DNA of 18,109 bases, taken from a bacterium. GTDB lineage: Bacteria > Zhuqueibacterota > Zhuqueibacteria > Oceanimicrobiales > Oceanimicrobiaceae. The notes beneath the pieces are model-generated. The model saw nothing but the letters and a program-made list of their open reading frames with translations. It did not search any database and had not been told where the DNA came from. The first letter of the stretch is position 1, and every line of letters begins with the position of its first letter. The DNA lies in contig JBHHYI010000088.1 of NCBI GenBank assembly GCA_046757525.1, forward strand, positions 1-18,109, written 5' to 3'. Positions 1-8,862 of this stretch are shown here, in pieces. Both the position numbers and the translations under genes were made by a program.

Positions 1-37
1 GCAAAACTAAGAAAGCGATTTTTTGTGTTCGTTGCAT
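1..37 (-). CDS. 5' end of a gene running off the left edge; probable signal-peptide-bearing protein (MQRTQKIAFLVL...)
   Basis: ATG at 37-35 preceded by AAAAGGAA (SD-like) on the minus strand; basic then hydrophobic N-terminus; only 12 codons visible. Confidence 0.55.
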   Translation of the reverse strand, partial: MQRTQKIAFLVL

Positions 38-215
38 AAGGGTTCCTTTTGAGTATGGGTTAAGTCATTTTGCGATCGGTTCCAATGAGGAGATGTTTAG
101 ATATTTGACTTGTGTTGTAGTTGCTTGATTTAGGGTTAGTTGTGTGGGCATGCACAGGAGGCTAATACATTCAGAATGCCATTGACAATTGATTTTGAAG
201 CTTGGGGAAATGTGC

Positions 216-713
216 TTACTCGGAGTCTTTTTCACCAGATACTTGCACAACCCGATTATAAAGGTTTTTGCTAACCCAAAATCCAGCCCTTGCGATCAAA
301 TCATCTAACAGTGGAGTGACAGCCTGAATTAATCCCTTATGTTTTGCCCCGACAATGATTCCTAAAACACCAATATAACGGAGTCCAAAGCGTTTCGCAA
401 CTGCTCGACCTCGACGCTCATCAATAAGGAGAAGGTTTGCTTTCATTTGTATTGCAAGAGCAATTGCTTCCGATTCACCTTGGTCAAGCTCCATTCTTAC
501 TGCCTGAACTAAGTCTTGATTAGGTACTGACGTTACTTCGATCCACTCCAAGTCATCTATTTCAGTCGCTCCCGCTTGGTCGGCACCCGTCCCCTTGACT
601 TCATGATAGACTCCTTGGGGAATGATTATTTTGCCATAGAGTTGATTGAGCAGATCCAGTTTTTCAATTGCTGCTAAATTTATGACGGGTGAGGTATTGC
701 TAATGACTATCAC
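216..713 (-). CDS. DUF3368-domain PIN-like protein (putative toxin/nuclease)
   Basis: MIVISNTSPVINL N-terminus, LDQGESEAIALA, LLIDERRGR and C-terminal GFWVS motifs typical of the DUF3368/PIN family; 4-nt overlap with the upstream UPF0175 gene. Confidence 0.88.
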   Translation of the reverse strand: MIVISNTSPVINLAAIEKLDLLNQLYGKIIIPQGVYHEVKGTGADQAGATEIDDLEWIEVTSVPNQDLVQAVRMELDQGESEAIALAIQMKANLLLIDERRGRAVAKRFGLRYIGVLGIIVGAKHKGLIQAVTPLLDDLIARAGFWVSKNLYNRVVQVSGEKDSE

Positions 714-958
714 GAACGCCCCAACTGTTTTAGTGTTTTCAAATCTTCCTCAAATTCGTCAACACCATAGTGAACAGGTATCTTACGGCTGGCTAAAAGG
801 TGCTGGAACTGCAACTGGTTCATCCCAGCCAGTTGGCCTGCCTGTCCGAGTGTCAACTTCTCTTTATGAAAGAGCATTACAGCAATTTCTTGCATCAATT
901 CTCTCTTGGACATTCGAGTCGCTTGAAGTATATCTTCTGGAATGGCTAAACTTCTCAT
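710..958 (-). CDS. UPF0175-family protein (putative antitoxin, HTH)
   Basis: 82 aa with KLTLGQAGQLAGM...FQHLLASRKIPVHY..DEFEEDL pattern; AGGAGG SD at 968-963; coupled to the DUF3368 gene. Confidence 0.88.
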   Translation of the reverse strand: MRSLAIPEDILQATRMSKRELMQEIAVMLFHKEKLTLGQAGQLAGMNQLQFQHLLASRKIPVHYGVDEFEEDLKTLKQLGRS

Positions 959-1045
959 TGAACCTCCTGCATATTATATTATTTTAACACGCTTTACAAT
1001 ACGAATTTCGGCCTTGATAATCAAGAGAAAACATTTGAATCATGT

Positions 1046-2908
1046 TCACCTTGCCTTTAGCCAAAACACCTCGTACGGCCCGCAGGGGATCGAAAGCTTG
1101 TTGTCGCTGCTGGTAAATTTTTTCTCTGAAAGGAGGTCGTGCCAGGCGTTGGTTCGGAGGCCCAACCTGGTCAGGTCGATTTCAAATAGTTGCTCTTGAT
1201 TGGTAACATTGGTAACGGTCAAAATGCTTTCCTGCTCATCGGTTGAAGTGCGCAGCAGTGCAAAAAACGCCTCGGCGACTGCGAAGACCCTCTGCTTTGC
1301 ATTGGGATGAAAGGCCTTTTCGTGAATGCGTTTGCGAATCATTTTCTCGAATTCGTTGACAATCATAGAGGTGGAAGTCGTTGGGTCGTTGAGGGCGCGC
1401 AACAGTTCCCTCTTGCTGATGTTTTTGCGATTTATGCTGCGGGTTTGCTGTTCTTCTAACACGGCTTCCGCGTCATTCTTGGAACCCAGCAAACCGTGCA
1501 GATAGACCCCGGGTACCCCCATGAACACCAGGGCAATGGCCCGCGAGGCGAGGTAGCGCTTGACTTTGAATTCTGTTGGTTCATGCGCATCTTCCCGGTT
1601 GATGGCGCTGAACCAGGTGATGTTGAGTTCGTAGGGACTCACGGTGCCATCGCCATTGTCTTTGTACGAAATGAAGCCGCCGTGTTCTAACACCCGCAGG
1701 GCCATCATCTCTATTTCTTCAGCCGACAAAATGTTTTTGACCGCCAGCACACCGATGCCGTCGTGCGAGTCCAAGAAATTGAAGTAAGTGGCTGTGTCCG
1801 AGACCTTTTCAATACCGGAGGCCCAGGCCGTCAGTTTAGAAGCATTTTCGGTTTGAAAGGCGTGCAACACCAGGGGAGGCAGGGCAAAATTGTAAACCAT
1901 CTGCGCCTCGTCGTGGCCGTTGCCGAAATATTTCACGTTTTCTTCGTGCGGAATATTGGTTTCCGTAATCAGTGCCACGTGCGGCGCCACCGCGTCGAGG
2001 ACGTCGCGGAAGAGCTTGATGGTGATGTGATTCTGATTCAGATTCACTCCGGAAGTGCCCAATTCGTCCCACAAATAGGTCACGGCATCGAGACGAATGA
2101 TGTCGGCGCCCCTTCGGACGTAAGTCAGCAAGATCTCCACCATTTTCAAGAGCACTTTGGGGTTGTGGTAGTTGAGGTCGATCTGGTCCGGGCCGAACGT
2201 CGTCCACACCCAACGTTTGCCGTTCAACGTGCTAAACGGGGTCAGCAGCTCTGTTGTTCGCGGCCGCACAATCAGCTTTAGGTGGTCCGGCGATATTTTG
2301 TCTTTGGTAGAAAAGACCGTAAAGAAATCTTGAAATTCCGGATTGCCGTTGAGAAATTCCTGAAACCAGCGACTTTTGGACGACACGTGGTTGAAGACGC
2401 CGTCGAACATGAGCCGAAAGTCCTTCTTGATCTCGGCAATATTTTCCCAGCTTCCCAGATGCGGGTCCACCTCTTCAAAATCCATGACCGCAAATCCGCG
2501 GTCGGACGAATAAGGGAAAAAGGGCAGGATGTGCAGCGTATTGAAAACGCCGTTCAAATACTTCTCGCACAACTCGGTCAGGGTCTGCAAAGGCGGTTGC
2601 GCCGGACTCCGGATGAGGTCGCCGTAGGTAATGAGAATGACGTCCTTTTCTGTGAAACGTTCGGCAGGATCGAAATTCTGTTCCCATCGAATCATCTTTG
2701 GAGTTTTGTAGGCGTAATGAACTTTTAGCAGCCGTTCCAGTTCGGTAACGCAGATTTCCGGACAGGCTTGGTTGTACAGACTGCTTAAACGGTTTGTAAT
2801 CCTTCTTTTGAATTCTGCGGGTAATCGGTAGAGCGGGCGATCGTAGTCCGGCTGCAAAAAATAAAACCCGCAACGATCCATTTTGTCGCCATACGTGTTA
2901 CTGACCAT
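1046..2908 (-). CDS. GH13 subfamily 18 sugar phosphorylase, probably glucosylglycerate phosphorylase (YcjM/GGaP-like)
   Basis: LITYGD, HILPFFPYSSDRGF, WTTF, RLDAV (nucleophile), ITETN (acid/base), SHDGIG and PYELN motifs; start uncertain (2914 TTG, 2908 ATG or 2881 ATG). Confidence 0.88.
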   Translation of the reverse strand: MVSNTYGDKMDRCGFYFLQPDYDRPLYRLPAEFKRRITNRLSSLYNQACPEICVTELERLLKVHYAYKTPKMIRWEQNFDPAERFTEKDVILITYGDLIRSPAQPPLQTLTELCEKYLNGVFNTLHILPFFPYSSDRGFAVMDFEEVDPHLGSWENIAEIKKDFRLMFDGVFNHVSSKSRWFQEFLNGNPEFQDFFTVFSTKDKISPDHLKLIVRPRTTELLTPFSTLNGKRWVWTTFGPDQIDLNYHNPKVLLKMVEILLTYVRRGADIIRLDAVTYLWDELGTSGVNLNQNHITIKLFRDVLDAVAPHVALITETNIPHEENVKYFGNGHDEAQMVYNFALPPLVLHAFQTENASKLTAWASGIEKVSDTATYFNFLDSHDGIGVLAVKNILSAEEIEMMALRVLEHGGFISYKDNGDGTVSPYELNITWFSAINREDAHEPTEFKVKRYLASRAIALVFMGVPGVYLHGLLGSKNDAEAVLEEQQTRSINRKNISKRELLRALNDPTTSTSMIVNEFEKMIRKRIHEKAFHPNAKQRVFAVAEAFFALLRTSTDEQESILTVTNVTNQEQLFEIDLTRLGLRTNAWHDLLSEKKFTSSDNKLSIPCGPYEVFWLKAR

Positions 2909-3251
2909 CTTCAAAACTCTCTACGGCAGAATCGACATCGTCAAATATCTTGAGAATCTGGTTTAGGTGGGTGATTTGAAAAAGATCGAGGATAAACTTG
3001 GAAGGAGCGGCAAATCGTATGTCTCCCCTTTTTGAGCGGGCTGCTGCAATACGAGACACAAAGGCGCTCAGACCGCTGGAATCGACGTAGCGGGTTTTGC
3101 TCAGATCCATGACTATGCGACAGTGCTCTTTTTGCACCAGCTCCTCGACCAATTCCCGGAAATCTTCTGAGCAGTGCAAGTCCAGGGTGTCGGGTACCTC
3201 GACGACGGTCACCTTGCCACCCAAAGCTGTCTTTGTCTTAAAGTCCCGCAA
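2898..3251 (-). CDS. STAS-domain anti-sigma-factor antagonist (RsbV/SpoIIAA-like)
   Basis: IVMDLSKTRYVDSSGL with the conserved phospho-serine and LFQITHL..ILKIFDDVDSAV; GGAGGA at 3263-3258 favours the TTG start at 3251 over 3290. Confidence 0.88.
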   Translation of the reverse strand: MRDFKTKTALGGKVTVVEVPDTLDLHCSEDFRELVEELVQKEHCRIVMDLSKTRYVDSSGLSAFVSRIAAARSKRGDIRFAAPSKFILDLFQITHLNQILKIFDDVDSAVESFEDGQ

Positions 3252-3310
3252 CACCAATCCTCCGCCTCGCTGATGATCGCTTGCAATCAACCAACCGTAA
3301 TTCTTACCAA

Positions 3311-3787
3311 CTATTTGAAGAAATATCTTATTCCAACGGCGGCATTCAAACGAAAGTCCGTTTCCGGGGCTAAGTCCAAAATCGGCACAAGCTCCGCAAA
3401 CAAGTCCAGAACAGCATTGTCGAACAGATAAGCGAGCCCCACCGGAACCCGTACCCCCACGCGGCTGTCGTCATTTCTTCTTCTTTCATCGTCGTCGAAC
3501 TTGATTCGACCGCCAATGCCGTAAAAAAATGGCAGTCGTCCTTTGTTGACTTTGATCAGACCAAAGTTGTGAATCAGATAATCTCCGTGAATGGTCAAAG
3601 AGTTGTTATTCTCAAACGACCAGGCCAGTGCAAAATCGACCGCTCTGGAATCTCCCAACCAATGTTTCAGGCTGATTCCCGTTGGTTCGCCGACGATCAT
3701 ACCGATGCCAAATCTGCCTGACTGGGCGTGACCCGGGGCGCCAAGAACAGCAATCAACAACAGTGTGGGAATCCAAGACTTTGACAT
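3311..3787 (-). CDS. Small outer-membrane beta-barrel protein (DUF3996-like)
   Basis: Signal peptide ending GHA-Q; GIGMIVGEPTGISLKHWL; alternating amphipathic strands; aromatic C-terminal beta-signal GIRYFF. Confidence 0.75.
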   Translation of the reverse strand: MSKSWIPTLLLIAVLGAPGHAQSGRFGIGMIVGEPTGISLKHWLGDSRAVDFALAWSFENNNSLTIHGDYLIHNFGLIKVNKGRLPFFYGIGGRIKFDDDERRRNDDSRVGVRVPVGLAYLFDNAVLDLFAELVPILDLAPETDFRLNAAVGIRYFFK

Positions 3788-3805
3788 CAGAACCTGCTAA
3801 ATCTC

Positions 3806-3834
3806 TTGCAAATTCTATATTATTTTGCTATTTT
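3806..3834 (+). promoter_or_regulatory. Putative sigma70 promoter for leuS
   Basis: TTGCAA (3806-3811), 17 bp, TATTTT (3829-3834) with extended -10 TG; a perfect TATAAT also lies at 3861-3866. Confidence 0.4.
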
Positions 3835-3858
3835 TTGTTTTCTAAACGAGCAAACTGA

Positions 3859-3887
3859 AATATAATAGACCGATGACTAATAGTCAA
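3859..3887 (-). promoter_or_regulatory. Putative sigma70 promoter for the beta-barrel/STAS/phosphorylase operon
   Basis: Minus strand TTGACT (3887-3882), 17 bp, TATATT (3864-3859); overlapped by the palindrome TGACTAATAGTCA (3874-3886). Confidence 0.55.
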
Positions 3888-3942
3888 TAGAAATTAGATG
3901 CTTGGTGTGGCTGCCAAAAGCAACTGAGGAGGTTGTTTGTTA

Positions 3943-6519
3943 ATGAGCGAAACCTATGATTTCAAGAGAATCGAAGAGAAATGGCGTGACTTCTGGGTAG
4001 AGAAGGGCTTTTTTAAAGCGGACATTCGCAATACCCAAAACAAGATTTACTATCTGAACATGTTCCCGTATCCGTCGGGAGAAATGCATGTGGGTCACGG
4101 CCGCAACTGGCTCATTGGCGATGCCTACTGCCGCTACCTCATCATGAACGGCTACAATGTGCTCAATCCCATGGGTTACGACGCCTTCGGCTTGCCGGCG
4201 GAGAATGCGGCCATCGATCGCGGCACCCATGCCAAGAGCTGGACTTACAGCAACATCGAGACATTTCGCAAGCAATTCCGCCAATGGGGCGTGGTGTTCG
4301 ATTGGGAGCGTGAATTGGCCACCTGCGACCCGGGTTACTACAAATGGAACCAGTGGCTGTTTTTGCAGCTCTACAAGAAGGGTCTGGCCTACCGTAAGGC
4401 CTCGCTGGTCAATTGGTGCCCTGGCTGCGACACCGTGCTGGCCAACGAACAGGTCGTGGACGGGAGCTGTGAACGCTGCAAATCCGAGGTCGAAAAGCGC
4501 GATTTGACCCAATGGTTTTTTAAGATTACCGAATACTCCCAGGAACTGCTCGACGATCTCGAACAATTGCAGCACTGGCCGGAGCGGGTCAAGGCCATGC
4601 AGCGCAATTGGATCGGACGCAGCGAGGGCGCCCTCATCCGCTTCCCCGTGGACGGTCATGAGGAGGCGATCGAAGTGTTTACCACACGACCGGACACCAT
4701 CTTTGGCGCTACTTTTATGGTTTTGGCGCCGGAACATGAATTGGTTAAAAAGCTGGCAGCCGATGGATACCGCGACCAGGTGCAGGATTACGTCACACAA
4801 ACGCTAACTGAGAGCCAGATTCAGCGCGCGCGCGTTGACCGCAAGAAGACGGGCGTCTTCACCGGGGCTTACGCCATCAACCCGGTGAACCAGAACAGGA
4901 TTCCGATCTGGATCGCCGACTACGTGCTCATGGATTACGGCACCGGCGCGATCATGGCGGTGCCAGCGCACGACCAGCGCGATTTTGAGTTCGCCCGACA
5001 GTTCGACCTGCCCATCGTTCCGGTCATCCAACCCCAGGACCAGACCTTTGACGGCGCCACCATGAAAGAAGCGCATCCCCACGAAGGGGTCATGGTCAAT
5101 TCTGGACCGTTCGACGGCCTGCCTTCGGGGCCAGCTACGATCAAGAAATTCATCGCGTTCCTGGAACAGAAAGGCGCTGGTACGGGTGAGGTGAACTACC
5201 GCTTGCGCGACTGGCTCATCTCCCGACAGCGTTACTGGGGCACGCCCATTCCCATGATTCACTGCGAGAAGTGCGGCATCGTGCCGGTGCCCGAGGAGGC
5301 GTTGCCCGTGCTGCTACCAGAGGTGGAGTTTCTCGGCAAAAAGGGCCTGGCGGAAATCCCCGCCTTCTACGAAACCAAATGCCCCAAATGTCATGGGTCT
5401 GCCCGCCGCGACACGGACACCATGGATACATTTGTGGATTCCTCCTGGTATTTCATGCGCTACCTCTCGCCCCACGATGATGCAAAGATCTTCGATTCGG
5501 ATCTGGTCAATGCCTGGCTGCCGGTAGACCAGTACGTGGGCGGCATCGAGCACGCCATCTTGCACTTGCTCTATGCCCGCTTCATCACCAAAGCCATGCG
5601 CGACCTGGGGCTGGTGAATTTCGACGAACCTTTTGAGCGCTTGTTTACTCAAGGGATGATTACGCACCCGGCCTATCGCTGCAAACAGCACGGCTGGATT
5701 CCCATTCAGGAAGTTGCGCAGGGAAATCGCTGTCCGCAGGGAGGCGAGGCCTTGATCGTCGAACTGGCGAAGATGAGCAAGTCGAAAAAAAACAGCATCG
5801 CCCCGACCGAAATCATCGAGGAGTACGGCACCGACACCGAGCGTCTCTACACCTTGTTCATGGGACCACCGGAGCGTGAAATCGAGTGGAACTCTGAAGG
5901 CGTTCGCGGGGGCTATCGCTTCCTGAACCGCGTTTGGAATCTGGTGCAAAGTTACAAAGAAGTCATTCGAAAAGCGACGACTTCGGAGTTAAAAGTCGAG
6001 AACCTGGGCCAGGTGGACAAGCAGCTCTGGTACGTCCTCAACGAGAAGACAAAAGCTGTGACGCGGGATTTCCAGAAGTTTCATTTTAACACAGCCGTGG
6101 CTGCCATCATGGAGTTGAGCAACGAGCTTTACGATTACGTTGCCGCTTGCGAAAAAGAAGGCCGTGGCGTTAACACCGCGTTGTTCAAGCAGGCTGTCGA
6201 GAAGCTTATCCTGCTTATGTCACCGATTACCCCATTCGTGGCTGAGGAACTGTGGCGGCAGGTAGGCCACGAGGCCGCCATCCTGGAACAGAGCTGGCCC
6301 GCTTACGATCCCGCCGCCCTGGTGCGCGACGAGAAGGTCATCGTGATTCAGATGAACGGCAAACTGCGTGGTCAAATGCTGGTGCCAACCGAAATCAGCA
6401 ACGACAAAGCGGAATTGGAAAAGCGTGCCCTGGCGCAAATCGCGGGTCGTTTGGACGGCAAAAATGTGCTTAAGGTGATCGTGGTGCCCGGCAAGCTGGT
6501 GAATGTCGTGGTAAAATAG
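3943..6519 (+). CDS. leuS: Leucine--tRNA ligase
   Basis: MFPYPSG, HVGH (HIGH motif), [15 protein letters not shown]1 editing FTTRPDT and [57 protein letters not shown] at 3926-3932; alternative TTG start at 3937. Confidence 0.98.
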   Translation: MSETYDFKRIEEKWRDFWVEKGFFKADIRNTQNKIYYLNMFPYPSGEMHVGHGRNWLIGDAYCRYLIMNGYNVLNPMGYDAFGLPAENAAIDRGTHAKSWTYSNIETFRKQFRQWGVVFDWERELATCDPGYYKWNQWLFLQLYKKGLAYRKASLVNWCPGCDTVLANEQVVDGSCERCKSEVEKRDLTQWFFKITEYSQELLDDLEQLQHWPERVKAMQRNWIGRSEGALIRFPVDGHEEAIEVFTTRPDTIFGATFMVLAPEHELVKKLAADGYRDQVQDYVTQTLTESQIQRARVDRKKTGVFTGAYAINPVNQNRIPIWIADYVLMDYGTGAIMAVPAHDQRDFEFARQFDLPIVPVIQPQDQTFDGATMKEAHPHEGVMVNSGPFDGLPSGPATIKKFIAFLEQKGAGTGEVNYRLRDWLISRQRYWGTPIPMIHCEKCGIVPVPEEALPVLLPEVEFLGKKGLAEIPAFYETKCPKCHGSARRDTDTMDTFVDSSWYFMRYLSPHDDAKIFDSDLVNAWLPVDQYVGGIEHAILHLLYARFITKAMRDLGLVNFDEPFERLFTQGMITHPAYRCKQHGWIPIQEVAQGNRCPQGGEALIVELAKMSKSKKNSIAPTEIIEEYGTDTERLYTLFMGPPEREIEWNSEGVRGGYRFLNRVWNLVQSYKEVIRKATTSELKVENLGQVDKQLWYVLNEKTKAVTRDFQKFHFNTAVAAIMELSNELYDYVAACEKEGRGVNTALFKQAVEKLILLMSPITPFVAEELWRQVGHEAAILEQSWPAYDPAALVRDEKVIVIQMNGKLRGQMLVPTEISNDKAELEKRALAQIAGRLDGKNVLKVIVVPGKLVNVVVK

Positions 6520-6600
6520 AGTGGTCTGGTGTGGCTTCCGGGGCTGGCAGTATCATGGCTTACGGTTTGAACAGCTACACGAACCGCACCCAAAGACTTT

Positions 6601-8724
6601 TCACGCCGCAGCGATCAGCTCCAACGGATGCAAGACCTGCAAACCCGTCCCGTCTTCCAATTGCATTTTACAGACGCTGCTTTCCGTGATGATGGCGCTG
6701 ACGCCGCTGTTCTTGAACAACTGAAAAAGCCATTCACCGACCGTCATGGCAAGATCGTAGCCCAGCGGCCCGTGTTTTAAGCCAAAGGTGCCGGCCATGC
6801 CGCAGCAAGTGCCAGTTTCGATGACCCGCACGTCGTAGCCTGAGGCCTGCAAAAGTCGCAGAGTGCACGTGCCAGCGCTCGAACCTCTTTGGTGGCAAGC
6901 AATATGAAAACCGAAAGTACGGGGATCGTTGCTTGCTGTCGCAAGCTTCAACACATCTTTTAAAATCAGATTTTCCACATATTCGAAAAACTCGAAAGTG
7001 CTTTCAGCCACACCCTTGGCTGCTTTGGAATAACCGAGCAATTTGGGGTACACCGACTTGAGCGCATAGGCGGCCGTGGGTTCCAACGTTACAACGTCGT
7101 AGCCTTCTGTTGCGTAAGGGTAGAAGTGCTCGATATTGTAGAGGGCTGTTTTCCTTGCTTTTTCCAGCTCCCCGTAAGAAATGTATGGGTAACCGCTGGC
7201 GCGTTGTTTGGGCAAAACCACTTTCACGTTGGCCTTTTGTAGGATTTCAAGCGCACGCAATCCAAGTTCCGGTCTGTTGTAATTTGCGTGGTAGTCGACA
7301 AAAAACGCCACCTTGCGGTCGCATTTTTCCTGGGCCTTTTGCGTTTTTTGGATAAATTGTTTTTTGAACGTTTTGCGTTCGAAGGTGGGCAGGTGTCGCC
7401 GCCGGTCGATGCCGGCGAGTTTTTCAGTCAAATATTTGACGGTTTTGCGCTGGAGAATCCAATTTGAAACCGGCGCTGTGGCGCAAGCCAGTTTGGCAAA
7501 CGATTCGCTGGCCATGAGGATTTTGTTGCTTAGAAGCTGCGACTGGCTTTGTAAAACCTGGTGTTTGACTTTGGCGATCATCATGGGGATGTCGATAGCC
7601 GCCGGACAAATCTCCTTGCAAAGCCCGCAGGAGATGCAGCAATCGACGAATTCTGCGGCTTTGTCGAGACCGTGGGTCCTGGCGGTCCAGGGAATGCCGA
7701 TGGGACCGGGATAAATATAGCCGAACACGTGGCCGCCCAGGACGCCATAGGTGGGACAAATGTTCATGCAGGCGCCACAGCGAATGCAGTTCAAGGCCTC
7801 CCGGTACCAGGGGTCCTGTCGCATTTGCAAGCGTCCGTTGTCGAGGATGACGATGTGGCACTCTCGACCGTGCTGGCCGCCCAGGGGAGAGCGTCCGGCG
7901 ATGAAAGAATCGTAGGTGGTAAGCATTTGCCCAACGGCGCTTACCGGATGCGCCAGAATCAACTGCAACGCCTCTTCGATGGTCTCGACGATCTTCTCCG
8001 CGCCCATGATGCACACATGCACTGGCGGGATGGTGCTCACCAGCCGGCCGTTGCCCTCGTTGGTTTCGATCACGATGCCCCCGGTCTCAGCGATGGCGAT
8101 GTTGGCGCCCGTGACTCCAATGTCCGCGCCAAGAAAAATGGGCCGCAGCCTCTGGCGCATGTGCCGCATGATGTCGCCCAGGTCTGCGCTGACTTCTACG
8201 CCGGATTCTGCACGGAACAATTCCGCAACCTGGGCCGCGGTCTTGTGCACCGCCGGAAACACCAGATGATACGGCTTCTCCTGCGCCATCTGAATGATGC
8301 GCTCACCCAGGTCCGTCTCCACCACCTGGCAGTTCGCCTGCTCCAGAGGACGGTTCAGATCGATTTCCTCGCTGGTTAGAGATTTTGACTTGATGATTTT
8401 CCGCGCCTTTTTGGCCTGGGCCAATCTCACGACGTAATCGCAGGCCTCCTTGGCGGTTCTGGCAAAATAGACCGTTGCACCCCGTTCGGTCGCTTTCTCA
8501 GTGAATTGCCTGACCAGGTTTTTAAGGTTGTCAACGCACCTGTCTTTTAACGCTTTGATTTCCTGCTGAAAGGTCTCGCCGTTGGGCAGTGAGCGCAGAG
8601 CTTCCAGCCTGGCGTTGCGACCACGCTGTACTGCACTTAACAGGGCCTGGCGCTGGTAGTTTTCTCGCAGAGTTTGCGAAATCTTTTGCTTGAGTTTGGT
8701 TCTTTCAGACAATGCGCACCTCAT
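6601..8724 (-). CDS. LutB/LldF-like LUD domain + 2x[4Fe-4S] ferredoxin fused to C-terminal CCG (GlpC/HdrB-like) domains; lactate-utilisation-type oxidoreductase
   Basis: KSKSLTSEE, ETDLGERIIQ, H..FPA.H, TGAN, TNEGNGRL, CIRCGACMNICP and CISCGLCKEICP; C-terminal HIACH...CCGMAG...C; TTG at 8712 behind GAGG is an alternative start. Confidence 0.9.
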   Translation of the reverse strand: MRCALSERTKLKQKISQTLRENYQRQALLSAVQRGRNARLEALRSLPNGETFQQEIKALKDRCVDNLKNLVRQFTEKATERGATVYFARTAKEACDYVVRLAQAKKARKIIKSKSLTSEEIDLNRPLEQANCQVVETDLGERIIQMAQEKPYHLVFPAVHKTAAQVAELFRAESGVEVSADLGDIMRHMRQRLRPIFLGADIGVTGANIAIAETGGIVIETNEGNGRLVSTIPPVHVCIMGAEKIVETIEEALQLILAHPVSAVGQMLTTYDSFIAGRSPLGGQHGRECHIVILDNGRLQMRQDPWYREALNCIRCGACMNICPTYGVLGGHVFGYIYPGPIGIPWTARTHGLDKAAEFVDCCISCGLCKEICPAAIDIPMMIAKVKHQVLQSQSQLLSNKILMASESFAKLACATAPVSNWILQRKTVKYLTEKLAGIDRRRHLPTFERKTFKKQFIQKTQKAQEKCDRKVAFFVDYHANYNRPELGLRALEILQKANVKVVLPKQRASGYPYISYGELEKARKTALYNIEHFYPYATEGYDVVTLEPTAAYALKSVYPKLLGYSKAAKGVAESTFEFFEYVENLILKDVLKLATASNDPRTFGFHIACHQRGSSAGTCTLRLLQASGYDVRVIETGTCCGMAGTFGLKHGPLGYDLAMTVGEWLFQLFKNSGVSAIITESSVCKMQLEDGTGLQVLHPLELIAAA

Positions 8725-8862
8725 AAACTGGCAATGATGAGGGCCTGTGACAACTTTGTAACCCGGACGATTACACTTGTATTCTTGGGCAGACGACCGG
8801 TTCTATTAGTCGTAAGAATTGCTATGAACATATCACCGCTACCCGGTTTTGCCGCTCTTCTG

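Noticed and set aside
3874..3886. GACTAAT in the leuS promoter palindrome as a fourth copy of the leader motif
   Set aside because: Lacks the flanking motif blocks and is explained by the -35 box/dyad; likely coincidence
3788..3942. T-box leader for leuS
   Set aside because: The region is short, filled by divergent promoters, and has no GGUGG-ACC T-box sequence or terminator
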